NCBI GenBank assembly: GCA_038326985.1
Contig: JBBQKQ010000004.1
Coordinates: forward strand, 1 to 60,975
Direction: 5' to 3'
Length of the DNA: 60,975 nt
DNA from: Minisyncoccia bacterium
GTDB lineage: Bacteria; Patescibacteriota; Minisyncoccia; Phycocordibacterales; UBA5272
Part shown: positions 46,314-55,724 of the stretch, piece after piece
Numbering within the stretch: the first letter of the stretch is position 1
How the letters are laid out: each line of letters begins with the position of its first letter
Notes under the pieces: generated by a model
Seen by the model: only the letters and a program-made list of their open reading frames with translations
What the model was told of the DNA's origin: nothing
Database searches by the model: none
Made by a program: the position numbers and the translations under genes

Positions 46314-49196
46314 ATGAGTAAAATTAAATTATTAACTGCAATCTTGTCACTAACACTGGTCACAACTGTAGCTTTTGCAGGGGATGCGACCACGACGCAA
46401 ATAGTTGCAGTAACTTCTGATGATGCAGCAAGTTCAACTGTAACCAGTCTTCCAGTTGCTACAACTACAGAAACTATTTCAACTTCTACAGAAGAAATAG
46501 CAAACGAAGAAGTAGACCAAGAAGATGTGCAACTTGGTGACAACAAAGCTGAACTAGATTCTAAAAAAGACTTCACGGCCGTAGTACGTCAATCAAAAGA
46601 CTATTACTGTGGTCCCGCTTCACTTGCAACGCTTCTTACCCAACTAGGAATAGACACTAGTGAACAAGCTATTTTGGATTTAATTAAACCTGTAGATTTA
46701 AACTCTGCAAGTGGAACTAATCTTTTAGCTTTAAAAAACGCTTCTATCTCTCTAGGAAACAAAACATACTTAAAGAAGTGGGATGTAGAAACAATACTTA
46801 AATACATCTCTACTACAGATGACCCAGTGTTAATACACGATGAAAAGAAAGGGGTGGGAGGACACTTTTCTGTAATCAAAAGTTACAAAGATGGAATTGT
46901 AGAACTCTCTGACACTGAAGCTGGAAATATTAAATATTCTGTGGAAGATTTCAAACATATTTACACAGGTGATGCTCTAGTAATCTCAAGTGACACTACT
47001 AACGAATTATTAAATGACACTACTACAGATATGTCTGACGAAGTAGCTGCGAATATTTGGGGCAAATATGTGCCGGTATATATTTTAGCTACAGAATCAG
47101 GTAATACAGCTGCTGTAAATGCAGCAAATGCATTCAAAGTTTGTATTCAAAATGCATTAACATACTCAACAGTTGCTAGAAGAAATGCAGAGAGAACAAA
47201 TTGTTACAATGTGTTAGCAAAAGCAGTTGGTGGTGCACTAACAAACACACAAGAGTTATTCCTAGAAGCTAAATATGGTTTGTATGCATTTAGTAATAGT
47301 GACTATACAAACGAAATTGGAGTGAATGCAATTACTTCTATCCTAACTCAAAAATTAAATGCGAATAAACTTCTACTCTCTCAAAAACAAGCTGACTTTA
47401 ACACAAAATATACCGCTTACACCAATGCTCAAAATCCACTAACTTTACAAAACTTAGTAAACGCTTACAACAAAGCAGTCGCAGATAAATCACTCCTAGC
47501 TTCTCAAATATCTACTAAACAAACATCAATAAATTCTCTTAATAGTGAAATCAACGGAGGAACATTTACCCAAAACGGAGTAACTTTCTCTCTAGGTGTA
47601 ATTGGAAGTCAGGTATCAGCACAATCTTCAAGTTTCTCTAAACTCTCAGCTTCACTCTCTACTACACTCTCATCTTTAAGTGGACAAATTACTTCAGCAC
47701 AAAACAGTTTGAACAATGCAAATGCAAACTATACTGCCTACAACAATCAATACAACAATTACAACTCACAGTATTCTTCTCAAATGAATAATTACTATTC
47801 ATATTCCTCTCAATACAATTCAGCTGTAGCAAGTAGAGACTACTTTCTAGCCCAATACAACCGAAGTAGAACTAGTTACAACTATTCAAATTATCAAGCC
47901 TATGCTTCACAAGCATCATCTGCTTTGAACAACAAAAACAATGCCTACAACCAAGCTATGAGTTATCAATCTCAAGCTAACAATGCATTGTCTAATAGAA
48001 ACTGGTGGGCACAACAAGTAGCTAATTACACTAATACAATCTCTTCTCTAAATTCTCAAAAAAGTAATGCTTCAGCTCAAATATCCAATGCACAAGCAGA
48101 GCTAGATAGACTAAACAGATTAAAATCTTTCGGTGACCAAGAAATACAAAGAAAGAAAGGAGTGTTAGCAACCATGCAAAGTGAATTACTTGTCTTGAAT
48201 TTTCAACTTGCAACTGCTGTGAATAATGTGAATACTTTACCAGCACAAATTGCAACTTTGAAAACTCAGATTGCTTCTCAAGGTAGTGCACAAAAGTTAG
48301 TTATTGATAATTTGAAAATTGAAATTGATAATCTACAAAAAGAAGTAGATGCACAGATTGCAGAGGTTGCAAATGAATCTACATTTGAGAGGACGAATGA
48401 TGTTAGTGCAGAAAAAGTAGCTACACAGGATTTGCGTGGCTCTGTAAATGAATCTTTGTCATACGCAAAAAACAATCCAGGTTCAGTCGCACTAATAGCT
48501 GGTGGTGCAGTCATTTATGTAGGTGGTTCTGCAGCATGTATTGCATACACCGCAGGAGCTTGTGCTCCATTTGTAGAAGCTGCAAATGTTGCATTGTTGT
48601 CATATACTGTCTATGACACTGTAAACTCTACTTCTAAAATCTTAACTCAAAAAGATTTGTTTGGAAATGTAGTGTCTGATGTAGAATGGACTTCCGCTCT
48701 TACTTCGTTACAATTAAATATTGCTCTAACTGGTATTACAGCAGCTTCTCTAAAAGCAACAACACTTGCAAGTAAGTCTCCAATGGCTGCAAAAGCTTTG
48801 GTAAATAAATTGCTCTATGGAACTGCGACAGAAAAAGTGGCAGCAACAAATGAAATTAAAGCTCTTGTGCCAGTTTCTAAATTAATCCCACTTGGCAAGG
48901 GCTCTACTGCAGACAATATTACTTGGTTTGCTGAAGGACGGACTTTAGGAGAGAAATTGGTATTATCTGAAATAAAAGCTAACCCAGCACTTGGAAAAGT
49001 TATTTCTGTACCTATGAGTGATATGAGATGGCCAGTGTCGGAAGGTTGGAATAAATTGACTTATTTAAAAGAATTTACAGAATTAGGACAAACTTTAAAA
49101 TCAGAAGTGCACTTTGTTGCACAATATAAAAATGGAGCTATGGTTGCAATTGACGATTTCAAAATACAAATAATATCTAAAGTTCCATTAAAATAA
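46314..49196 (+). CDS. Secreted polymorphic-toxin-like protein: C39 peptidase, long coiled coil, hydrophobic segments, C-terminal toxin tip
   Basis: Signal AFA|GD; QSKDYYCGPASLA...GHFSVI...D; tip LGKGST...DMRWPVSEGW...VHFV...DDFK; followed by small immunity-like ORFs. Confidence 0.75.
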   Translation: MSKIKLLTAILSLTLVTTVAFAGDATTTQIVAVTSDDAASSTVTSLPVATTTETISTSTEEIANEEVDQEDVQLGDNKAELDSKKDFTAVVRQSKDYYCGPASLATLLTQLGIDTSEQAILDLIKPVDLNSASGTNLLALKNASISLGNKTYLKKWDVETILKYISTTDDPVLIHDEKKGVGGHFSVIKSYKDGIVELSDTEAGNIKYSVEDFKHIYTGDALVISSDTTNELLNDTTTDMSDEVAANIWGKYVPVYILATESGNTAAVNAANAFKVCIQNALTYSTVARRNAERTNCYNVLAKAVGGALTNTQELFLEAKYGLYAFSNSDYTNEIGVNAITSILTQKLNANKLLLSQKQADFNTKYTAYTNAQNPLTLQNLVNAYNKAVADKSLLASQISTKQTSINSLNSEINGGTFTQNGVTFSLGVIGSQVSAQSSSFSKLSASLSTTLSSLSGQITSAQNSLNNANANYTAYNNQYNNYNSQYSSQMNNYYSYSSQYNSAVASRDYFLAQYNRSRTSYNYSNYQAYASQASSALNNKNNAYNQAMSYQSQANNALSNRNWWAQQVANYTNTISSLNSQKSNASAQISNAQAELDRLNRLKSFGDQEIQRKKGVLATMQSELLVLNFQLATAVNNVNTLPAQIATLKTQIASQGSAQKLVIDNLKIEIDNLQKEVDAQIAEVANESTFERTNDVSAEKVATQDLRGSVNESLSYAKNNPGSVALIAGGAVIYVGGSAACIAYTAGACAPFVEAANVALLSYTVYDTVNSTSKILTQKDLFGNVVSDVEWTSALTSLQLNIALTGITAASLKATTLASKSPMAAKALVNKLLYGTATEKVAATNEIKALVPVSKLIPLGKGSTADNITWFAEGRTLGEKLVLSEIKANPALGKVISVPMSDMRWPVSEGWNKLTYLKEFTELGQTLKSEVHFVAQYKNGAMVAIDDFKIQIISKVPLK

Positions 49197-49200
49197 AAAT

Positions 49201-49572
49201 ATGATAGTTAGATTCAAAAAAACTGACCCTGAGGGGGTTAATACTCAATATGATGATGAATATAAAGTATTTGGAATTGTCTTTAATAAAAATATTGCCA
49301 ATGAAAAAGATAATGTACAGTATTTAATTAATTGGGGAGGAACAATGGCTGTTATGAGAATTGATGAGTTAGATATTTTAGACGGTACAATTCCTACAAA
49401 TTGGAAAATTGGATTTTCTAAACCTGCACTTCAACATCCTAAATACCCATATTTAACAAGTGATTCTTTGTATATTGGATACAAGGAACTTGTGGATAAT
49501 CCGTTTCACTTTATTGACTTATTTGAGCACGAACCAGATGCTTTAAAAACAATGAATGAAAATACACTTTAA
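49201..49572 (+). CDS. Putative cognate immunity protein
   Basis: 123-aa acidic ORF 4 nt after the toxin stop. Confidence 0.65.
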   Translation: MIVRFKKTDPEGVNTQYDDEYKVFGIVFNKNIANEKDNVQYLINWGGTMAVMRIDELDILDGTIPTNWKIGFSKPALQHPKYPYLTSDSLYIGYKELVDNPFHFIDLFEHEPDALKTMNENTL

Positions 49573-49622
49573 TGGAATTTATAGTAGCTGTGGATGACTT
49601 TAAATTTCTAAACTTCTAATAT

Positions 49623-49994
49623 ATGAAAATAAAATACAAAAACTTTGTGGCAAGTCCACTTACCCCAGACGATACAGGAGAAATGAATTGCTATGGTTTT
49701 GCTATTTTGAGTTCTGGTAAAATTTCCCTCTTTACAAGAGATGGTGTTCTTCCTCCTGACCATGAACTATTGGAAATAATTGAAAATTCTATTCCAGAAG
49801 GTTGGATATATACTTCTGACTTTAAGTCATATCGTCAGTATGACGCTACTGATAATAATTCAGGAATTCAAGGAATTGTAGGGCCAAAAGAAATATTTGG
49901 AGAAGACCCTTTCAAAGCTTATATTGAAATTTTTGAAGGTGGTGAAATGCGAACAAAGTTCAAAGAGTATGTAGCAAGAATTGAAGGTAATTAA
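49623..49994 (+). CDS. Putative orphan immunity protein, distant paralog of 49201
   Basis: 123 aa; ELLEIIENSIPEGW resembles ELDILDGTIPTNW; preceded by a toxin-tip remnant. Confidence 0.6.
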   Translation: MKIKYKNFVASPLTPDDTGEMNCYGFAILSSGKISLFTRDGVLPPDHELLEIIENSIPEGWIYTSDFKSYRQYDATDNNSGIQGIVGPKEIFGEDPFKAYIEIFEGGEMRTKFKEYVARIEGN

Positions 49995-50012
49995 AAAATA
50001 CTTAATCCATAA

Positions 50013-50464
50013 TTTCTCTTGCTGAAAAGATTAACTTTGCTACACTGAGCAAAGCATACTTATCGACACTCGGTGGAAGTATTGGGAAGTATATTGGAGG
50101 AAATAAAGTTGTGGCGGAAACTGAAATTGCAAGTTGGTTAGCGAGAGTTAGTGGAAGTCTTAAAACTATTTCTAAATCATCTTTAGCACAATCAGTTCAG
50201 GTTTCTCTTGAGAACTTAAATAAAAGTGGGTGGGTTAGAAACTGGCAATATGCAGCAAATGGAAAAGTATACGAAAATAGTACAAGTATTCTTCCAATAA
50301 AAACTCTTGGGTATTATAAAGAATATGATATATATCAGCCAACTAGTGCTGCAACAAGAGGATTAGAGAGATTTGTTAAAGGTGCTGATGGTGAAATATA
50401 CTACACAAATAACCACTTTGGAGATGTTATAAATGGCGAACCTATATTCTACAAAGTTCAATAA
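50013..50464 (+). CDS. Orphan barnase/RNase Sa-like toxin tip (no clear start codon)
   Basis: YENSTSILP...GYYKEYDI...RGLERFV...EIYYTNNHF; frame is open ~33 codons upstream of GTG 50111 with no ATG. Confidence 0.8.
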
Positions 50465-50469
50465 AATAT

Positions 50470-50901
50470 ATGAAAAATGAAATTATAATTGACCTAAAAA
50501 ATGTTAAAAACGAAAATGATATTGTTTATCGTTTTTACAAATCTATAAATTGTTTTTACTATCTTAATGAGAAAGAATTAGTTAAGCGTGTAGCAGAAAA
50601 TACTGACCGAGTAGTTTGGGATGCATTTCAAGACAACCTTTCAGGTGTTAGTTTTTTGAAAAAAGAAGGTGTGAACGACTTGGTGTTTATTATTACGAAT
50701 ATATACGATGTACAAAGAAACATTTCAAATGATGTTTACCTCAAGCTAATAGATATGTTGTCTTGCCTTACGGAACCTGCAACGAGAGTTGATGGCCTTA
50801 ATTTCTATTTTCAAATCCGACAAGGAGATTTAGATTTAGAAAAAGAAGAATCTCATAATAGATTACACAAAGGGCTTGGAGGAAAAGATATGAACAATTA
50901 G
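50470..50901 (+). CDS. Barstar-like RNase inhibitor
   Basis: IIIDLKNVKN...WDAFQDNL; directly after the RNase tip. Confidence 0.7.
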   Translation: MKNEIIIDLKNVKNENDIVYRFYKSINCFYYLNEKELVKRVAENTDRVVWDAFQDNLSGVSFLKKEGVNDLVFIITNIYDVQRNISNDVYLKLIDMLSCLTEPATRVDGLNFYFQIRQGDLDLEKEESHNRLHKGLGGKDMNN

Positions 50902-50905
50902 AGAT

Positions 50906-51196
50906 GTGAAATTAAACGAAACTCAAGTAAATCTTATAAATCAAATATTAAATGTGCCTTTATTGGCTTTTGGTTATGAAAAGTTTGAGAATGAGATAGG
51001 AAAAAAAGGAATTGAAAATATAAAAAATATACAAATTGAATTAAATAAAATATTTGAAATTAAAAATGAGAATATCCCATTCATAAAAAAATGCATAGTT
51101 TTTTCTAGTGGTGTAATTGGTGATGTTGATATGAAAACGCTTACAGGACACAATTCAGAGGAAGCTGAAGAAATTCTGTCTCCGATATTGAAATAA
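50906..51196 (+). CDS. Small hypothetical (possible orphan immunity) protein
   Basis: 96-aa ORF closing the array. Confidence 0.55.
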   Translation: MKLNETQVNLINQILNVPLLAFGYEKFENEIGKKGIENIKNIQIELNKIFEIKNENIPFIKKCIVFSSGVIGDVDMKTLTGHNSEEAEEILSPILK

Positions 51197-51678
51197 TATT
51201 GTGAAAAGCAATAAGTTTACCATTGTTATATTTCCTCTATGCTGCATTAAGCAGACATTATGAAACCTGTAGGGACAGGTGGATTTGTAATGGAAAAAAT
51301 GTTATAAAAGTTTATAACCCAATAAATGGATTTTGGTATTTTATTGTCAGATACCTTTAAAAGTATAAATAATCTTAAAGATGGAAGTGCCTGTGTTTTA
51401 TATTTTATTTAGTAGACAGCTACTTTTTTAAAACACCCTAGGGGTGATTGAAAGGCGGGTAGACTTGCAAAAGTAAGTCAAAACTAATAATAAAAATATT
51501 AGGACTGCAGGTTTTATGCTATAATCTATACTTATATAGACGTTATAAGCCTAAACTAGTTCATTTTGCGGAAACAATCCTATTATATAAGGTCTATTCA
51601 TCACCCTAACATTATGATTATTCAACAAAAAGTCAGTTCTAGCTTTGTCCAGTAATTCGCACAAATAAAAAACATTGT

Positions 51679-52383
51679 ATGGGAAATTTATATATTATCG
51701 CTACCCCAATAGGAAATTTGGAAGACATGACATACCGTGCTATTAGGACTTTAAAAGAAGTTGATATTGTTTTTGCTGAAGACACTCGTACAACCGGTAT
51801 TCTTTTTAAAAAATATGAAATCTCAAATAAACTAATTTCTTATAATGCCCACAACCACAGAGAAAGAAATCTTGAAATTATAAAATATCTAGAGGAGGGT
51901 AAAAACATAGGACTGGTTAGTGATGCTGGCACACCTGGAATTTCAGACCCAGGCTACTCAGCAGTTTCAGAAGTAAGAAAAAATTTACCGGAAGTAAAAA
52001 CAATAACTATTCCTGGAGCTTCAGCTTTGACCGCTTTTGCTTCGATACTTGGTGTAGGAACTCATGCTTGGACTTTTTATGGCTTTTTACCTCATAAAAA
52101 TGGCCGCCAAACGCTACTAAAAGAGATGTTAGAATCAGAATATTCTTCAATTTTCTACGAGTCAACTCATAGAATTGAAAAATGTTTAACTGAGCTACAA
52201 AAGCTTCAGACCCCACCTAACCTCCCCTTATCAATGGGAGGAATAATACGAAAAGTTGCTATTGGTAAAGAACTTACAAAAATTTATGAAGAAATATTAA
52301 TTGGAACTCCAAACGAATTATTGGAAATATTTAAGCTGGACCCACAAAAAAAGAAAGGGGAGTTTGTTGTGATGATAGTCTAA
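51679..52383 (+). CDS. rsmI: 16S rRNA C1402 2'-O-methyltransferase RsmI
   Basis: ATPIGNLEDMTYRA, AEDTR, SDAGTPGISDPG, YESTHR, KELTKIYEE, KGEFV. Confidence 0.95.
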   Translation: MGNLYIIATPIGNLEDMTYRAIRTLKEVDIVFAEDTRTTGILFKKYEISNKLISYNAHNHRERNLEIIKYLEEGKNIGLVSDAGTPGISDPGYSAVSEVRKNLPEVKTITIPGASALTAFASILGVGTHAWTFYGFLPHKNGRQTLLKEMLESEYSSIFYESTHRIEKCLTELQKLQTPPNLPLSMGGIIRKVAIGKELTKIYEEILIGTPNELLEIFKLDPQKKKGEFVVMIV

Positions 52384-52385
52384 AG

Positions 52386-52459
52386 AAATTGAAAAAACGT
52401 CTGATCGCAGGGGTCAGGCACTTGTTCATCTACCTGGAGAGCAGACGTTTTTTCAATTT
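52386..52459 (+). repeat. Stem-loop element with conserved loop, copy B
   Basis: 18-bp arms AAATTGAAAAAACGTCTG / CAGACGTTTTTTCAATTT around ATCGCAGGGGTCAGGCACTTGTTCATCTACCTGGAGAG. Confidence 0.85.
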
Positions 52460-52481
52460 TCATCTATGATATAATATATAA

Positions 52482-52643
52482 ATGACTAAAAAAACAATGA
52501 TTACAGTGCTAGGTGTGATAGTAATGGTATTACCATTTCTTGGCTTCCCAAACTCTGTATCTACTCCAATACTTTTCTTGTGTGGCCTTGGAATTATCTT
52601 TATCGTGAGGACAATTCCGAAGAAACGTATTTCTCAACCATAG
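52482..52643 (+). CDS. Small two-TM membrane protein (below ORF-track cut-off)
   Basis: MTKKTMITVLGVIVMVLPFLGFPNSVSTPILFLCGLGIIFIVRTIPKKRISQP; TATAAT 6 nt before ATG. Confidence 0.65.
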   Translation: MTKKTMITVLGVIVMVLPFLGFPNSVSTPILFLCGLGIIFIVRTIPKKRISQP

Positions 52644-53067
52644 CTTTTACAGTATCGCCATTGGCAACATCTCTGAGCTCTTTTACACACATTCCAACAT
52701 ATTTGCCGATTGACTTTGCATCAAGCTCTCCCATATTTCCTAAAATATCTTTTACTTTTGTCTCTACTTCTTCTACTGAAAGCTGAGCGGGTAAAAACTT
52801 TGCCAAAATATTCTTTTCCAATATCTCACTATCTGCAAGCTCGGCACGACCAGCATCGATGAATTGTTTAATAGAGTCTTCCCTTTTTTTAATTTCTTTT
52901 TTTATGACAGACATTATTTCTTCATCAGTGAGAGTATCTTGTGGAGTTTTCCCATTAGATGTTAAATGCATCATGAATGCTGAAAGTAGAGCACGATAAG
53001 TCATTTTAGCTGTTTCATCCCCTGCTTTCATGGCTTCTTTTAATAATTCTTTTATTTTTTCTTGCAT
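52600..53067 (-). CDS. GatB/YqeY domain protein
   Basis: LKEAMKAGD, KKREDSIKQFIDAGRAELA..E...L..FLPAQLS. Confidence 0.9.
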   Translation of the reverse strand: MQEKIKELLKEAMKAGDETAKMTYRALLSAFMMHLTSNGKTPQDTLTDEEIMSVIKKEIKKREDSIKQFIDAGRAELADSEILEKNILAKFLPAQLSVEEVETKVKDILGNMGELDAKSIGKYVGMCVKELRDVANGDTVKAMVEKYVSSELSSR

Positions 53068-53096
53068 ATATTTATATAATAATTATAGCACAAAAT

Positions 53097-53166
53097 AAGC
53101 TAAATTTGTCTGCTCTGCAGGTAGATGAACAAGTGCCTGACCCTTACGATCAAACAAATTTAGCTT
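53097..53166 (-). repeat. Stem-loop element with conserved loop, copy C (inverted)
   Basis: Minus strand: AAGCTAAATTTGTTTG-ATCGTAAGGGTCAGGCACTTGTTCATCTACCTGCAGAG-CAGACAAATTTAGCTT. Confidence 0.85.
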
Positions 53167-53169
53167 CTT

Positions 53170-53586
53170 TTAATTTTGATAAGGATTATATTTTCTATAA
53201 TTTACGTATTTTGTAAAAACTAAAGTTGAAGTAGATGTATGGTTTGCATTTGTGAAAAACATTGTCCCTGGACCTTCGGTTTTCAAAAATTGGTTTTGGA
53301 ATGGTGCAACTAACATCTCATATTTTTTTTCTTTATAATTTTCATCGTATTCATATACTCTTATATAAATATTTTCACTCGACTTGTTTAGAAAATAAGC
53401 TGCAGTTTTTAAATCTTCTTTTTCATAAGAGCTTGAGAACTTTCCATCGTAATAAACTATCCTAGTATGAATTACCAAATTTTCAGGATTGGTAATAAGT
53501 GCTTGAGTATAAAAATACGAAGAAAGGAAAATACTAGTTAGAAAAAAAGTACCAAAAAATATTATGTGGTGCTTATTGGTTTTCAT
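53170..53586 (-). CDS. Exported hypothetical protein
   Basis: 138 aa with N-terminal hydrophobic helix; shares AGTATACT (53594-53601) with rmuC. Confidence 0.7.
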   Translation of the reverse strand: MKTNKHHIIFFGTFFLTSIFLSSYFYTQALITNPENLVIHTRIVYYDGKFSSSYEKEDLKTAAYFLNKSSENIYIRVYEYDENYKEKKYEMLVAPFQNQFLKTEGPGTMFFTNANHTSTSTLVFTKYVNYRKYNPYQN

Positions 53587-53610
53587 TAAATATAGTATAC
53601 TACAAAAAAT

Positions 53611-54687
53611 ATGGAGAGCCTCACAATTTTAATAATTTTAGTAGTTGTTTTAATTTTTGCATTTCTGGTATTGATATTTATTTTACTAAATAAAAAAGTA
53701 GAGGTAAAGGACGATAGGGTTTTAGAGAATTCTTTGCACAACTTAGGAGAAATGATGCGCAATATGGAAAACAGGGTACTTAGCGGTGAGAGGGAAATAA
53801 AAAGAACCGGAGAAGAACAATCATCCAAGATGTTTCAACAATTTGACCATGCAAATAAACTAATAAGAGAAATTACCCGAGAGATAACTGAAGTAAAAGA
53901 GGGTAATAAACAGGTTTTAGGAATGACTGAGCAACTTTCCAATCTGGAAAAAGTTTTGACTAACCAAAAGCAGCGTGGAAACTGGGGTGAAAGTTCACTG
54001 GAACTAATATTAGCTAATTGTCTCCAAAATAATTATCAGATGCAATATGGTTTTAAAAATGGCGAAGTTGTTGATGCTGTCATACATATTAAAGATAAAT
54101 TTTTACCCATTGACTCAAAGTTTTCCCTCGATAATTACCAAAGGTGTATAGATAGTGAAGTGGATGAAGATAAGAAATATTATGGCGAAGAGTTTAAGAA
54201 AGATTTGAAACTAAGAATTCAGGAAACTTCAAAATATATTCGAGAATCTGAAAACACACTCCCAATAGCTTTTATGTTTATACCAAGTGAAGCGATATAT
54301 TATGACTTGCTTGCAGGCGAGCAGTCGAGGCTAAAAATAAATACTCAGTCCCTAATGGAATTTGCCCAAAAGCAAAAAGTTTTTATTGTTTCCCCAACTT
54401 CCATACTTGCATATTTGCACCTCGTATTGTCGGGGATTAAAGCATTTAAAGTAGAAGAAAATGCTAAAAAAATTCAAGAAAAAGTAGCAGAGCTTGGAGT
54501 GCACATTCAAAAGTTCGATGATGGCTACAAAAAGCTTGGCAACTCTATTTCGGCAGCTGTAAATCATTACAATTCTTCCTACACTCAGTTAAAAAATATT
54601 GATAAAGATGTTTATAAAATAACTGACGGGGAAGAAGGTAAGAAAATAGAAGTCGAGAAAATCGAAAACCCGATGTTGGGGGAATAG
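53611..54687 (+). CDS. rmuC: DNA recombination protein RmuC
   Basis: KQRGNWGE, PIDSKF, FMFIPSE, VSPTS. Confidence 0.93.
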   Translation: MESLTILIILVVVLIFAFLVLIFILLNKKVEVKDDRVLENSLHNLGEMMRNMENRVLSGEREIKRTGEEQSSKMFQQFDHANKLIREITREITEVKEGNKQVLGMTEQLSNLEKVLTNQKQRGNWGESSLELILANCLQNNYQMQYGFKNGEVVDAVIHIKDKFLPIDSKFSLDNYQRCIDSEVDEDKKYYGEEFKKDLKLRIQETSKYIRESENTLPIAFMFIPSEAIYYDLLAGEQSRLKINTQSLMEFAQKQKVFIVSPTSILAYLHLVLSGIKAFKVEENAKKIQEKVAELGVHIQKFDDGYKKLGNSISAAVNHYNSSYTQLKNIDKDVYKITDGEEGKKIEVEKIENPMLGE

Positions 54688-54703
54688 TTATGTTATTTTT
54701 TTG

Positions 54704-55426
54704 TCAATTGACCACAACCCTAGTAGAGCCTACCCATAACTGCCGCTTATTGTATGGCTCACTTATATTGGAAGGTGCATCGGTGAATTGTCCAAACACT
54801 GCTTGAATATTATATGTTCCAGCCTTTGTGTAAATATGGTTCGCACATGGAAGTGTATCACCCAAAGAGGAACTTTTACTCCCGTCTCCTCAATCAATTG
54901 TAAGTGTTCTCACATCAGAATATGCACTTGTTTCTCTACTTGTTAAACTTATGTCGCGAGTTTTACAAAGACGATTCGCCAAATCCTGCCAGTCTTTTGG
55001 GAAGGCAATGGATACATTTAAAGGTGAAGACCCTGTAAAAGGAGTGACAGTAAGATTTCCAGTACCATTTTGCGGAGCTGGAGTGGTTATAACTTTTGTT
55101 GTAATGCTTGAAGTTGAGGATAAGACATTCATATTTTTCGTAAATGAATCGAATTCAGAGCCTACTGGGCCACAAAATGTTTTATTGTACTAAGTTTCTG
55201 TAGAACCACATCTTATTTGTTGACCGGCGTTGTAATTTTTATCCAAGATATACACCTCTCCCTCTATGGGGGAGGGCCCATAATCACTTCCACCTAAGTA
55301 AGAACTCACCTCCCAGTAACAACCGGATGTTGTAGGATCAAAAACTGCGCTAGCTCTATCTAAAGTAGACCAATAAGAATGTAGTGAAATTTTCCAGTAT
55401 CCTGGATAATTATTTGAGCCAGGAAC
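54704..55426 (-). pseudogene. 3' remnant of a PKD-domain surface protein
   Basis: One frame with in-frame TAG (~55190) and TGA (54890): PFTGSSPLNVS...TID*GDGS...HIYTKAGTYNI; no start codon. Confidence 0.7.
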
Positions 55427-55724
55427 TTACTTTTTTGATGCTGGTTTTTTAAATCATATTCTCTCATTTGAAGTGGACAATGGTAAAAAATTAGAACAAA
55501 TTTTAATGATGGAATTTATAAAAAAAGGCTTTGAAATAAAATGTTGGAGGAGTAAGCAAAAGCAAGAAATGGATTTTGTTTTATTTGAAAACAATAAACC
55601 TATAAAAGCAATAGAGGCAAAGAGTAGTGGTAAAAAAACTGATAGTTTCCGAGCATTTGTAAAAAATTATCCACAAATTAAAGCTTCTATAGCTAATTGG
55701 GAAAATGCTGTAGAAGTTATTTAA
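55425..55724 (+). pseudogene. 3' remnant of an AAA+ ATPase with DUF4143-like C-domain
   Basis: YFFDAGF...GKKLEQ...WRSKQKQEMDFVL...AIEAKS; ATPase domain absent. Confidence 0.7.

Noticed and set aside
46150-51420. Prophage or integrative element at tRNA-Ile
   Set aside because: No integrase or phage genes, and I found no duplicated tRNA 3' end at the right boundary.
51197-51678. ncRNA or gene in the 480-bp gap before rsmI
   Set aside because: No sustained ORF or recognisable RNA family; only short hairpins and a -10 box, probably decayed toxin-array DNA plus the rsmI promoter.
27054-53166. CRISPR array or integron attC sites
   Set aside because: The repeats are dispersed rather than regularly spaced, no cas or intI gene is present, and the conserved part is the loop rather than the ends.
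55253-55277. Additional copy of the GC-rich palindromic repeat
   Set aside because: Only a partial match, lacking the GCCTCACC flank; may be chance within the PKD remnant.
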